Source of the DNA: Ophelia neglecta
Lineage: Eukaryota
Reading direction: 5' to 3'
DNA length: 64,000 bases
Assembly (NCBI GenBank): GCA_965285935.1
Contig: OZ260665.1
Coordinates: 31,496,001-31,560,000 of the forward strand
Shown: piece after piece, positions 49,072 through 63,206 of the stretch
How the letters are laid out: each line of letters opens with the position of its first letter
Numbering within the stretch: the first letter of the stretch is position 1
The notes under the pieces: generated by a model
Told to the model about the DNA's origin: nothing
Databases searched by the model: none
Seen by the model: only the letters and a program-made list of their open reading frames with translations
Position numbers and translations under genes: made by a program

Positions 49072-50230
49072 TTAGTGAAAGGGGGATTGGTGTGGGGGTG
49101 GGGGGTGGGGGGTGGGGGGGTGATGGTTAGTAATGAAATGATTAAATCGGTGGCTGTTTCAACTATGCCCGTATTGTAATCTTTCTCCACCCAACTGTCG
49201 CCCCCCACGCCCCCCCCCTCGCCCCCCCCTCGCCCCTCGCCCCCACCCCAACCTTCGCCCCCCTCGCTGTTGGTGCAGAATGAATGTTGATAAACCACGA
49301 CCCAAGCCATGAGAGTTTATTAAAAGTATAAATTATTTCCTAACAAAACTATTCCAAATCATACTGGAACAATTATGACAACAGGACAAGAACACGTTAA
49401 ACCGCTGAGCACCGCTGATTCGCGTCATACATTTATACTGGGCCCATGTTCAAATTCTTCAAATTGTCATAACAAGCATCTCCTAACCATTCGGTACAAT
49501 AATGTAGTGTACAGTCGGCTGGCAGAGCAAAAATGACCGAAAGCAGCCCGTTTTAATATTAGTCCGATTAGAAGATGATGACACAAAAGAAAATAAATAG
49601 TAAGAACTTTCATTCGAAAATATATCAGAAAATGAAAAACCATTAGCCCGTGCCATAATTCATAAAAAGATAGCATATAATAATGATTCGTTGACTGTAT
49701 GTTCTGAAATTATACTGGGGTATAATGAACCCTGTAAAATGTCTTTAAGACGTTTTGAGGCAACTTTAAGATGTGACTTTTCAGGCAGTCTTATTGGATT
49801 CCAATCTGTATGAGGTGTGGGAAGGATGGAAAAAGTCTTAAAATCTTAAATAACCGTAGGCCTAATACATTATAATACATTCAATACTAGCTTTCTTCCA
49901 ATTAAGTCAGATGCCAACATAAACTGTCACATAAAAGTATATGCTATGGAACCAGGAAAGCATTTGAAAAAAAGGCATGGAAAAGATGTTGCAAGATATT
50001 ATCTCTTGTCCCTTGACTTTATAATCTTAACTCGCAGGAGGGAACTCTCTAAAAAGTGAATTTGAAAAACTCCAAAATTACATTCAATGCATTGATCTCA
50101 AATCTAAACCTAGACTGTCAACTGGATCCTAGGCGTAGAAGGATAGGTAATATCATACTCCATTGGGTAAGATTTATATATTAGATGGAATATGTATTCC
50201 TCGTATACAATATTATGTCACATCGGTATA

Positions 50231-50394
50231 CAGTGAAACCTGCCTTAAAGACCACCACTTTATTCAGACCACCTGCCTATTCAGACCATCAATAGGACGA
50301 CCATAGTATGCACAAACATTGTAAACTAACCTGTTTAAAAAGACCATCTCTATAATCAGACCAGTATTTTCCAGTCCCTTCACAGGTTTCACTG
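50231..50394. mobile_element. Tc1/mariner-type MITE
   Basis: TA|CAGTGAAACCTG ... CAGGTTTCACTG|TA, a perfect 12-bp TIR, with internal AGACCA repeats. Confidence 0.85.
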
Positions 50395-52353
50395 TATTTT
50401 CATACACTTCCAAAGACATTGTACATATATGAGAATCAATTTCTATGTAAGATAGGCCCCTACCGTATAACCCGGTTTCACCCTGCGTGACAGGCAGGTT
50501 AGAAGTAGTAATTTCTTTCGACAATTCATAGACATAGTATAATTCTTTATACTATTCTTTATACTATTCTATCAGACTGCAAGATAATGTCACCCAAAAG
50601 GTTTATTTATTGTATGATAGTTAGAAAGCCTAAAAAGCCTTGTGAGTTATTTTAAGTTTTAATACAAACTAAGACGAAAAGAGAGAAGAATTTCGGGCTA
50701 CTTTAGGCATGGAATGGTAGATAAAAAACGTAATGTTCTGCCGGCTACAGTTCATTAACAGACAATATGGATCCAAGTGTAATTTGCTTTGATACAATTG
50801 CTTTAAAAGATTGCAAAGGTGTTGATAATCGATCCTGCTCATACAAGTGACAGCGGCCACGTACGCCTGCTTTAAACTCACATCATTGTATTTTGGAGAT
50901 GCGAGCATTGAGTCGCAAATAAAAAATAGTGCCACAAAACCGTCGTTATTCTGAAATAATGATATATTTAGTATAACACATCTCAAAGACTGAGAAAAGG
51001 AATTCAATCAGCCTGCTGTTAAAATGCTTAATTTCTGGCCACAATTCATGAATATTGAATAAAGGGTTCATCCGTTGTCGTTGATATTATTTACACAGAT
51101 TGGAAGAAATAATTACATAGAAAAGTGCTCGAATTAACATACGCAACCATAATTCATCATATATCTCATACCTTAACCTAGACTCTAACCCACATTAGGG
51201 GTTGAAAGAAAGGTAAATTGTTTTGTTTGACTTCATGGAAAATGTTGACTGCTTCCCCTTTGCAAGTGACACAAGATTTGAATTCTTTTCAAAGAAAACT
51301 GAATTATTAGGGTATTTTTTAAATTCCAAAATATGGCTGAAATCTAGGTTCAGAGATATCACAGATCGAAATTCGTCTTACTTGTTTTAGAACTCATCTA
51401 TTATTAGTCATTGCCTTTCAAAACTGTGAACTACAAACCATTGTGCTAGAGGTAAACTTAAAAATCAGTAAACGTTAGTTCTATCCAAGATAGATCATGT
51501 AGTTGCCATAGTTTCCAGATAGTAATCTTTTCCAAAGATTTCTTCGCATGAATTTGATTAGAGATAGCAAATAACTAGCATGATCACATTGTCTGGTGTG
51601 ATTAACACAATAAACTGACATTAAAATCACTATATGTATAAATCAACAAAGCAACACTTCTTTATAAATATGTTGCGTTATATATTATTCATGTAGAACA
51701 GTTCTTTACTTACAAAATTCACTTTCTTTTATGAATAAGGTATCAATGATTTGTAATAGAAATTCACCTCAAACATTTCAACGCAGAAAAACTGCTATAA
51801 TTAAAATACACGCAACTCGGGGACACAGTGTAGCGCAAATTCATGAATGACATATGCCGCATAAATCTACATGTATTTTCTAAGTTGTAGAGCTAATCAA
51901 AACCATCATAATTATGGCTGATTTCATAGTTAATAGTTATTATCACTTCAAAGCTTTTAAGCCATATATCATATTTTTATACACATACATTTATTAATTT
52001 ATTACCTTGATGTCCATACCCGATGTAACATCTAATCATTTACAAATATTATAACAATGCAAATGCATACTTTGCATGTAACATCTTCAGTAAGATTTTA
52101 GTGCATATGATGCGGATAAAATATGTACAAGTAATTGGAATTGCAAATACTAGTATTGATACTTATCTGGCACCGAGAGGCTGTTTATAAACAAAGGTTT
52201 TTCGAAACAAGATACTATTAGACGTTTGACAACATTTGCTAAACAGCGGTATCTTTCAAAGAATTCATATAATTATCAGCTATTAGCTTTTTCTAATATA
52301 TTTAGGATTTATATGTAGTCCATTGTTTTTTTGACTCAAGACTCTGTAGTTTA

Positions 52354-55300
52354 TCATCCCCGTAGAATCTCATTCACTCGCTGCAATAAGAACTGCTTAT
52401 CTTGGCCCTCCTGGAAACAGGTAAATGAAATACTAAACATATTTTCAATATCATGTAGAAATAACTATTTTGTAGGGTGAAAGATTTATATTTCTCTTTT
52501 TTGATTTCAACAGGTCAGTTGTTGTTCATCACCGAAGAAGACATGATTTGATTTGATTACTAGTCACTAAGTAAGGGAAATATCGATATAACTGTCTACA
52601 TTAAAAAATATTTTAAGTTATAAATTAACTAAATGAACGCACAATGTATTAGGAACAAAAATCTCGACAATATCTAAAAGAGGAACTTTACATGTGCTTG
52701 TTTTAAACATATATAACTGTACTCACTAATCTAAGTTGTTGTCGTAAAAGTTTTGCCATTCTCTTATGACCAGACACTATTGCCATGTGGAAATATATAG
52801 CCAGACTGAACAAATAGGAAGGCATATGGATAGAAAGGAAATAAGATTATGGAATACCAAACAGTACTTATAAATACATTAAAGCTGTGGTCGGTAAAAC
52901 CCAAAAGTTGTTCTTTAAAAAGGTTCAAACTCTAATCGGATAAGACCACATCGAATTTACAACAAATTATATTGTGCCTTACCTAATGATAATCACAAGG
53001 AGTAGAAAGAAGAGGAATGAGGATATCACCCGAAAGAAGTTCCTCGCTAGGCTGGGCAGAGTGTTAATAGCATCTGTTACACTCATGTACATGTAAAACT
53101 CATCTGTACTGAACACTCGGAAAGGACCACAGCTTTGGGAGGGAGGCATTCTTGGAAATTAAAATGAGAAAATGCCTGTATCAAGTAAATGAACTACGTC
53201 GAAATTATTTCGATATTATTGAAGCTTGCCAACAACCACTCCAACTGCCAAGTGAATGTAATCTCCTATCGGTCGGACATGTTTTGTAAGTTTCTTTAAT
53301 TTCAGCTGCACAGTGTCCTAACCAGTTAGTAAAGAAAGGCAAAAACTCAAATAATAAACCTCATTGAATATTACTTAATATAAAGCGTCAATGGAAACAA
53401 ATTTACCTGCCAATCGCATATGAAATCGCAAATGAGCAAAGTGCAAATGATATTAGAAGTACAATCATAAAGAAATAGGTAGTCTTGGAGGCAGTATTTT
53501 GCCTGGGTTGTGGGACGCAGTTCTTGAATAAAGTCAGCTGTAATCGAGAATCAAAAGATACACGGAATACAGTTTTATTTTGATAAGTGACCCATGAATC
53601 ACTTCAAGCTTAAAAAGCTAAAATTAATGTAAGAAGCTTTAATGGCAAGTAACTGTAATTGTACTGCCTTCTGTGCAAGTGGGGACATACGTTTTATATT
53701 TATGAGTATGCGTAGTTAATATATTAGTTATAGTTCTTGGGCTTACCTTTTTAAGATAAAATGTCATTAAGAATCTGACAACAGCAATCATAGGTAGGAG
53801 AGGACAGAAGAATCCCCCAATCCTAAAAATGAGTGACATTTATTTCATGATACACCCGGTTCCTATTATTATCCACAGTACCTTTTGCTCAGAACTAAAA
53901 GATTACTGTTCCTCTAATAGAATTAGCATATTTTGTGATTAGAGTTTTCAATATATTTACCGCACTTACCAAATGATAGTCTGTGCGTAAACAATGTCTA
54001 AAACATTGATGACAATATCAAATACAGGGGGCCCAACTATCTTGAATAGTTTGTTTTCTGGAAATCTGTTAATTATTAATCTGAAATAAATTAAATATCT
54101 TCTTAACGGCTTGTACTGTAGCTTGCAATAAATGGACCTAAAAATACACCATGAGCTTTTATACACATTCAAAATATAATAAAAGGTGATATTAAAAAAC
54201 ACGGTAGTGGATGCCATGCAGACAAAGGAAAATCATCAATAAAGAATATTCAATTCAATCGGTTCGAAATCATCAGGAGCCAGTAGCCATAGGGCCACAG
54301 CTCCTAAACCGTAAATAAAAAAATAATTCAAAAGAATAGTGTTTTTTTTTTCATTTTTACCTCCTAGGGAACTCCACAAAGAAAGTCAAGCCAAACATCA
54401 CAAAACAATCTGTAATTGCTAGTTTGAAGAATTGTTGGCCCATATAAGTCTCCCAACACTGAAATAACAAATGAGCGGATCCTTTCTTGACAATGGTGAT
54501 GCGAAAATTAAAAAGGCGAAGTTTCGGAAACTAAATGTCAATCAACTTTCAGCATGTTATTTTATTTCAAGTAACATGTAATAAACACAAATATTTCAAA
54601 CGAAGAATGTTCGTAAAAGGAAAAAGTAAACTTACTAAATAAGGTTCACAACCACACTGATGTGTATGCTGAGATGTGTCACAATCCATAACTTGCAAGG
54701 ATATAGTAACTGCATACATAGCTATGGTGGCAACTCTCAAAAACACTGTCCTTCAGACAAGAAGCAAGATAATCAGATAATACCTACACACAATGTACTA
54801 AAATAAGCCGTGTTGGATGACCAGACGATCATCTAGAAACAAATACACTCAAATCCTGTTGGATTAACCGCACATATGAACACATAACATTGACTAGTAA
54901 GTATGGTTCTGATTACGCCATCGAAAAGAAAAAGTTGCTTTAATTGGATTTTAATACCATACCTACCTAATTATAGTAATTTTAATTTCATTGGCCGGGG
55001 TGTAATCTTCAGCGATGACAAGTTTGAGGAACACAAACGGTACAATAGCATTAAGGACAGTCATCGTGGTTGGTGGCATGTACTGCACGAGCAGTCGGAG
55101 GAAAGCATTGTTTTGAACAGTTGCTCTTGTCAGGAGCTGAAACCCAACAACGTAAGAAAACTTTAAAACCAGAATTTGACAGTTTAAGGTAGCATGCCCT
55201 ATTCATAATAAAATCAAATTGTCAATGAGAATAAAGATACCACCTTAATGGAACATAAACGGAAATCAGGTGATTTATTTATCTAATACGTTCAGAATAA

Positions 55301-58300
55301 GTAAAATAACTTATGTGGTTACCTCAGGCATCCAAATTGTGATAACTTCATATATGAGAAATCCAACAACACATAAAATGACCACAACTATGATGTTGAT
55401 GAGAAGTCTTATCAAATATAGTTTCACTTTGGCCTTTGTACTCCTTTGTGATCTGAGCTCGGCTCTCTTCGCTTCATCGATATCAAACTAGACGGTTAAA
55501 AAATGAAAGTTTATAGGGGTATTAGGACGCCAGGATTTTATTTTTACCATAACTCTGCTGGCTTTGAAAATGCCTGACTGAGTGTTATGTCAAAGTAAGC
55601 AACCCGAACATGCTATCTGAATTCTTGCAGTTAAAAGTGCGTTTTTTCAATGACCATTCATACTGGCATTGGCGAACGGCTCATGGTCATTTTAAATGTT
55701 GTCTGGCTGAACGTATTTCAGTTTGACACTGCATCCAAAAATTATCGCCAATAAAGTACCCCACTGTCGCTGCAAAATTGTTTGCCGAATTAATAAGATT
55801 ACTTCACGAGGTCCAGTCTTTGGTCCAAATTCTGCGCTAACAGACTAGCATAATAATTAACGCGTATTGCGATATTGCCTTGAAGTCGATCTTTCTGCAT
55901 CATACTTTTGATATTTCAGAGATATATTTACCTTTATATGGCAGTGCTACTTATACTACTCTTGTTTTGCATGTAGTTTAAAAACTGTCGGCTAGGCTTG
56001 TGTACTTCCTAAACATTAGCGCACTGTGCTCGTTCCACCTACCTTGAATTCAAAGTGAAGTTGATTTTGTTTAAGGTGTGCACCTTTCTCAGTTGACAAA
56101 CCATAATCCCAGCCACAGATAACCATATTGCAATATCTGTAAAACCTGTCACTACTATTCACTAGTTTCTCCTTTGATTCATGGGCAGTGCTGAAAGAAA
56201 TATGTTGATGTTATCACAAATGTCACCAGTAAGGTTAGTAAAGCCACAAATCCAAAATCAAATGAATAAACGGCGAGGAAAGTAGAAAAATCATTCAATG
56301 GAATTGTTATCATAGTGATCCCAATGACGGTAGGTATATTTATTTCCTCCGTGTTTCTTTTTTAGTTGTTTCATGAAATCTACTAGTATTACATGTTGTG
56401 TATGATTAACCAAGTTCAAACCATGGCCTAAGGTGGATGATACACCCATACTAGTATTTTTTTAAATGTAGACAATGCAACAGACGATCCAAATTGGCTA
56501 AATATAGATATTTGTATTTTTGCATAATTTTACTTACTATGCCACCATGACAATGAGGCTAACTAGCATATAGCCTACAAGGCTGAAGAGAAATGCCAGT
56601 GGCATGTTGTAGTGGGCTCTGTACTCTTCAAACACAAAGGTTTTGTTATAGTAGTATCCCATAAACACATAGGTGTTCTCCATCCATCCCTGAAGTATAG
56701 AGTAGTTTTGTAACTATATAAAGCGGGGAAAACATTTCTTCAAAGGCTGCGTTTGATGGTTTCTGTGTGTATTTTGCTCGATTTAATTATTTGAATTTGT
56801 CATTGCGGGTATCTTGGATGTGCTCCCATTCCCCCTTTTTCCATTTCCATGGTCCTAACGTACTCATAGCAATCTGTACACACGAACAGTCCAAAACATT
56901 TCAGATAAACTGGTAGGGCCATATATTTCAGTGTACGTTGGAAACGTGTGGCTTGATTAATGAGTTGCCGAGTTATTAAGCAAAAAGAAGGGTTACAACG
57001 CCCTATAGAAGGTCTAAGATGTAAGTGTTTGTAAAAGAAGTTTTAGTTTAAATTTGATTACAATAACGGCAAAAAATAGAACGTAGCCAATGCTGAGATT
57101 CAGAAAGTGTTCTTTGACGGAAAATGGTGACAGATGACTTGGGCTGAATGCTCGTTTTAGGTAAATATGAGATATACCATTTTAATTTCTGTAAATCATT
57201 GCCTCAACACAATGTGTAGCTCCCTTGCATAAACTATAAGTACATGGATAAAATGTTTGCGTGAAACAAACGTGCCTTCCAAAATGAAATCGATAGAGGC
57301 ACTCGGGGATAGCCTACAAATTAACTTAGTCCGGGGATGATGACTGCATCCGACTATATTCACTAGTGATGTTGTAGCGGTGGCAGCCTTACTATATTCG
57401 ACGCAGCCTTCACTCCAATATGAAAAGTACAGTCTGGTTTAAGACTGGTGGTTGCTACTTATATTATACCATACTACTTTCTCCTTTCTTCGTGCCACTA
57501 TTTTAGTGGATTAAATTCCCATTAACAGGTAGGGGAAATTGTCAGCTCTGAATAGATTCCCAATGTTAAATCCCATGCGCAGCTGAAAGTTACCTAACTA
57601 GCCTACTTTTTCTTCAATTGCAATCAGGATTTAAGGAGAGAAATATGGCTACTGACAAGCAGTATGCAATAGGTCCGACTGCCCCAAGTAGTTGAGTATT
57701 AGTTTGATTTACTAACCGTTCCTTGGAAGAAATCGAGAATACCGTCAAGGACGCCCTGAGACGCTACTTCCTCGGAGACATTAGTGCTGTACATGTGACT
57801 ACAGGTTAACGCTGTGTGCTCATAATATGTTAGACTCTGGTCTGAAAATAATTGTAGTTTTCATTTGAATGTGAATCATTGATGAAGACGGTATACTTCA
57901 TTGAGTAATGCCAAACGTTTAATTTTTATTTTGATACCTTGACATATATGATACAAATGTACATAAACGAAGAAAAAATGATAATCATAATGCGTGCCTA
58001 CTTTTTTGGTTTTCCAAGGTTTGGGAAAAGCTGTCTGGCTCCATGAATGCCTGAGGTAGAACAATGACTGCCAGTATGATAAGCGTGGAGAGCACATTGA
58101 GCAGAAACAGCCATTTGATGAAGCGAAAATAAGAAAGAACCGAGGGCCCAGAATGTCCTGTCGAAAATGAGTTTTCTTATACATTTGTGTTGTTAAAACA
58201 TGTGCCCAACTGGTACAATGATCCTGCACATAAATCAGTATCTGTATTTCAGGGCACAAGGCAATATGAGCAGGCTACAAATTTTGAAACAAACAGTACA

Positions 58301-60128
58301 TCCTTACATTATTATTCGCATAAAATTAAAGTCAACATTCGTTTGGTTCTTAAATTTGTCAGTACTGACATATTTAATGAGTTTGATAATTGTTATCCAT
58401 TTTTCTTGAACTGTAGATATTACATTAATTCGGTTGAACACCTTTAATCTAGTTAAAGTTCTATATAACACAATCACATATACCCATACTTGATCTGACA
58501 ATACCTTCTATCTCCTTGAAGGAGCTGTGCCAAAGGCTGAGATTAGAAAATGTCTCTCGGATTTTACTTTTCTTTATTTGCCATTGCTGAAAGAAGGTTG
58601 TAAAGAGACAACATTAGAAAAAAAGAAAACTGTTTTATAGGCCTAAATGTTAATGGATTAGTAAGGAGTTCAATCTTTGGCAAATATAATTATACTTCAT
58701 GTAGCAATTAGGAATGTTCAAGTTTATTTTGCTTAAATGTTCTGAACGTTGAAAAAACAGCTGAAAGATCAGTTGGCGTTGTCGCCTAGAAGATCACGTG
58801 TAACATAATGTATCAAGTAATTATACTGGGAAAGGTATTTACCAAGGATTTTTTGTGCTTCCACTTTTTAAATCCTGACACCCCTTTGCGTGTGTGCAAC
58901 TTTTGATGCCTGAAGATTAAAAAAACGTATGAAATATCAAACACGACAAAGTTTACACTAGGAATATAGCAAACAGGCTGCGCACCCAGTAAATAGGCTT
59001 ACCCTGTATTAAGGCACCTCATTTATTTGATTAAAGGCAAAAGCTTAGGTTTCAATAGATAGCTTTGTGGTATCCCTTATATTTTTTGGCTGCATATACA
59101 GTTTGCGATGTGCATGGGACACCCTGCTGGCCCTCGCGAAGAAATAAAATTTAAAACAGAAAATCACCTTGATTAGGAAATTCCAGACTTTAAGGACTGT
59201 GAGTTTTTATATTGGAAAGGGAGGGGAGGGGGGGGGGGAAAGGTAGGGGGAAGAAGATTACTTTCGCCCGAACTTTTTTCTTTTTGACTTACCTAAGAAA
59301 TACAATTTTGAACAATTTTCGAAACAACATTTTTTTAACATATTTTGTTTTTTAATTTTTTGCCGAAATACTTTTTTTCTCCTTCAATACTTTTGTCTCC
59401 GAACATGGGGCAAACATTTTTTTCTTCAAAAATCTTGAACCACCATTTTGAATTTGGGGGATGCGGGGGGGGGAGGGGGTAAGAAGAAATATTTAAGCCC
59501 TTGTTGTTCTCGTAATTCCCCAGAACTGCCCCTTTTATGCGCATACACTAATGACATTCAGTATGAGAGATTGGCCTAGTTGGCAGATTCTCACCAAATA
59601 TGTGAACCCAGCTTTTAGTGTAGAAATAAAATTTAAAATATTTAACCTATCAAATGTTTCTCTGGCAAACTCCCTGGTTACTGTGCTCGCCTTTGACCGG
59701 TCTATAGTGTCGAACGCATTTATTCTGACCAGGTGAGCGGACCGGTCAAGATGTGATGGAAGACTGTCCTCCTCCCCACTCGAGTCCTCTGGCGGGAATA
59801 AAGACTTCCTGTTAGGGAGATGAGGCTCGAGCCTCTTAGCCCCTTCATCTCCTAACAGCTGAGCAATGTCCTCAATGTTAAATCTTTTCAACCTCCTTCG
59901 TAGTACTGGTACTCCGTCAATTCCCACAGCATTGGCTGATCGCGGCCCCCAGGTTTGGAACCCATTGCGCTGGGGAGAAGTGCCGCTCTGATTCTCGGCT
60001 GACCGGGTGGCTGCCACTCTTTGATGCTTTACGCTGGTTGTCCGTATTCTCTCAGGTCCTTCGTAACCATAATTATCGTGACTTTTTTTCTCCGCGTAGC
60101 CAACACCATTGTTATTATGGTTATCCAT
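52354..60128 (-). CDS. TMC: Transmembrane channel-like (TMC) protein, probably TMC7-like (TMC4-8 group), 17 coding exons, ~793 aa
   Basis: Exons: 60128-59647, 58909-58843, 58586-58505, 58157-58002, 57841-57717, 56689-56538, 56190-56043, 55487-55323, 55136-54967, 54750-54636, 54458-54361, 54080-53970, 53822-53747, 53537-53407, 53150-52983, 52805-52727, 52410-52354. All introns are GT-AG and phase-consistent, giving 2382 nt. Motifs: LWHSSFKEIEG..SYFRFIKWLFLLN, QGTGWME, YNMPLA, GWDY, CWETYMGQQFFKL (TMC domain), FFCPLLP, PSQSCGPF, EGQDKQFL. Kozak context GCCATGG. The exon-1 donor is the least certain junction. Confidence 0.93.
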
Positions 60129-61728
60129 GGCGTAGCTTTGCACGAGATGTTCTTTACTCCAGTTCCTAAGGTAAACTCCAGTGTTAATTATCCGTGGGTC
60201 GGCTTACTGTCTGCAGCAAGGCGAGGGTACCTACAGTCAGGTGTTGACAAACGCTTGTCCTAAAACTTGTCGGTTATATTTGGCACCCGTTTATCTATCT
60301 GTAAGTGTGAAAAATACCGCAGCCCGAGCTCCATATTCCACCGCTCGGAGTGTCATAAAACATTCGATTACATCTAACAAGCCCACAATCACTAAGAATA
60401 GACTTTCTCCCAAGTATCGCGCAAAGTACACAATGCATTAAGACTTCCATGTGTAATTACCAACAGTGTTAAATTATTTAGTCTACTATAAGCCACTGTG
60501 GGAGAGTTCCAATGCCACGTATACATATACCGACCGTCTTGGCGACCGTACCTCGAAAAAAGTTAGTACATCATCGGAAAAAATCCAGGGTCTATCCACA
60601 TGCTCACGTTATATATCATATTGCTTAACTACACAACTTGTCCAAGTGCTAACATTTCGGTACAAGAAACCTTTCCACTTACAATCTGAAAGAATAATAG
60701 CAGTTCGACCCAATTTATGACCACAGCATGCTCTATTAAATGGGAAAGCCCCCGATACATAATAAGAAAGGTCACGGCTAATAAATCCATGCATTAGGGA
60801 GACTTAGACATTTCTGACGCGTCCTACCGCGAAACGATGTGCGTTTGTCCGATTGTAATTAACGAGAACGCGGCACAGCACGTAGGAGATGACTATTGTC
60901 TTGGTGAAATGATATACAAAACCGGAATATTACTTGAAGAAAGAGAGTTAGTGACATACGTGTAGTTCACCGATAATCATCGATGACGCTCCGCTTTATT
61001 ACAAGAAAATAATGCTATACACCTAATTAATGTAGGTATTGAATTAAGGTTAAATTCCGATATCCTATATTTTGAGAATTACATTTGCATGCTGCTAGTA
61101 CACGGTTCCCAAATTCTTACTATAATTATGATGAAATGGGCGGCTTTTGTATTTCATTTGACAAAATATCCATTTAAAATAGAATGCACATTAAAGAATT
61201 AAAGTGTCAAATCACCCAAGTGTCAGAACCCAACAATGATAACATACACTACATACATGTATAGGAAAGCAATCCTTGTAATTTGTATTGTGTTTATGAT
61301 TGTATTCTACCGTATGGTAGAAATAGTAGCCATACTAATAATATGCAAACACCATTTTGTTTGGCTTAAATAGATTCCCATCACTTTCCCATCACTTGCA
61401 GTAAACAGTAAAACGGTTGTTGCTTTTTGTATTTTTTTAGAGTTACCCTCGAGAATGTATGTGTCCAAAGTAGTAGTCAGTATTCCTGGTGAGTTGGACC
61501 TCGTGTACGGTTTTCAGACGGACAATTAAATACGTAAACAAAATCTAAAACTGCCTAATAGCAATAGCTTCGACATTTCTAATCCGTAATTAAGCGCTTC
61601 AACCTGATTGCAAATAATTATATAAGCCCGGGCCTATTGCAATCACATGTATTTATGTACGGATAACTGGATTGTAATTTCTATATTTCATTGTTTTCAT
61701 AGCCACAGTAGCGGTAAATAATCATACA

Positions 61729-61898
61729 CAGTGAAACCTTTCTTAAAGGTTGCTCCTCTATTCAGACCACCTGCAAATTCCAACTATGTAATATTAGACC
61801 ATGCAAAATTAACATTATAAACCTTAAATAACCTGTCTAAACAGACTACCTCCAAAATCAGATTAAAATTTTCTAGACCCTTGGTGGTTCAGGTTTCA
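61729..61898. mobile_element. Degenerate second copy of the Tc1/mariner MITE
   Basis: CAGTGAAACCT..CTATTCAGACCACCTGC..AACCTGT..CAGGTTTCA, colinear with 50231-50394. Confidence 0.7.
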
Positions 61899-61991
61899 AA
61901 TAATGACTCCCGCTGAGAGGGCAACAGGATGAATTATGATCCCCTCGGGAATATGGCCCACCCTGTTGCTCTCAATGGCAGTCATTATTTT
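61898..61991. repeat. Short imperfect inverted repeat (hairpin/MITE-like)
   Basis: AAATAATGACT..GAGAGGGGCAACAGG pairs with CCTGTTGCTCTC..AGTCATTATTT. Confidence 0.6.
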
Positions 61992-63206
61992 TTTACTATT
62001 AAAACTTTATGATCTCCTGTGGCCGCAGAATATGTTTGGGAATTTCGCTCGTATTTATACAAGGAAATACAATTAATATGTTGGTATTAAACATTAAATG
62101 ATATTTAAAAGCTTCCTTTTGAAAACGTTGAACTTAAAAATGAAATGTACAGTATGAAATATAGTATTTGGTATAATTAATGGACAGTTGAAAACCTAGA
62201 TTGGCATCCCAGCGGCGCTGGGGTCGCTGCCGCCAGTCGCCCCACCCGATATCTGGGGAAAAATGCCAGAGAGCCCCCGATTTTGTTTTAGAGTTTCAGC
62301 AGACGCGCGGGTGACTTCTAGATGGGCAATTTTCGGTGTCATTTTCTGACGTTTAAACCCCCACTGACCTCTCCCTGACTGGCGCTTGTGTAGCTGCCGG
62401 CACTCTCCCCTCAAAGCGAATGAATATAAATATGAAAATATATATGTATATGACTATGAGTCCGAATCTGAATCCGAATCTGAATTGATTTGAATGAGCC
62501 AACTTCCCGCTGCTGTCCAAAGAAAGTCATTTTTTAAATGGTAGGCCTATGATTTGATGAAATGGCTTGATTGAGTCATTAACATGCATGTTTTTTCTGC
62601 AAAATATTGCTGACATGGTATTGAATTAATTTACTGAACTCCTAAATGCCAGATTAAACAATTTCTATTTTTAACTCTGTTTTTGATATTCAAGCTTTAA
62701 GATGGAATATACAGTTTAAATTGTCTGAAGATCGAACAAACATTTTGTGAATTTATTTGCAGTCGAAAATGCTTGAATAATGTTTAAATTAAAAGACAAT
62801 CCCGGGGTTTACGAGGCATTTAGTAATTTTAAGACGTAGAGCGGTTGTGACGAACAACATTTGTCCATGGCTAACGTTTATCATCAGTGTTGGTACTAGT
62901 CCGAAAATCTCTTGACTATATATAGCCAATATAGTCGGAGACCACTGGCTTCAAAAACACGTAGAAATTTGCAGTTCGATCCTACCGGCACTTTGACTGG
63001 GGTTGTTTTCAGTAAAATGTTGCTTGTACCTTGTATTCTGCGCCTGGCTTTTATTCTTTAATAGATATTGCTTCTGAAATTTACAATTTTCTAAGAATAA
63101 GCTTGTACACAACCAGAGTGGCCCGATACTAATATGGCACTTCAACGTGAGAACAGAAGAAACAGAAGCATTAAATTGTGAGATATCGATGGCAAAGAAT
63201 ATACTA

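Noticed and set aside
59535-60143. Stand-alone 202-aa ORF
   Set aside because: It is exon 1 of the TMC gene reading through into intron 1.
62196-62420. GC-rich patch upstream of TMC
   Set aside because: It could be a promoter or the interior of a TE. I found no termini, ORF or motif to decide.
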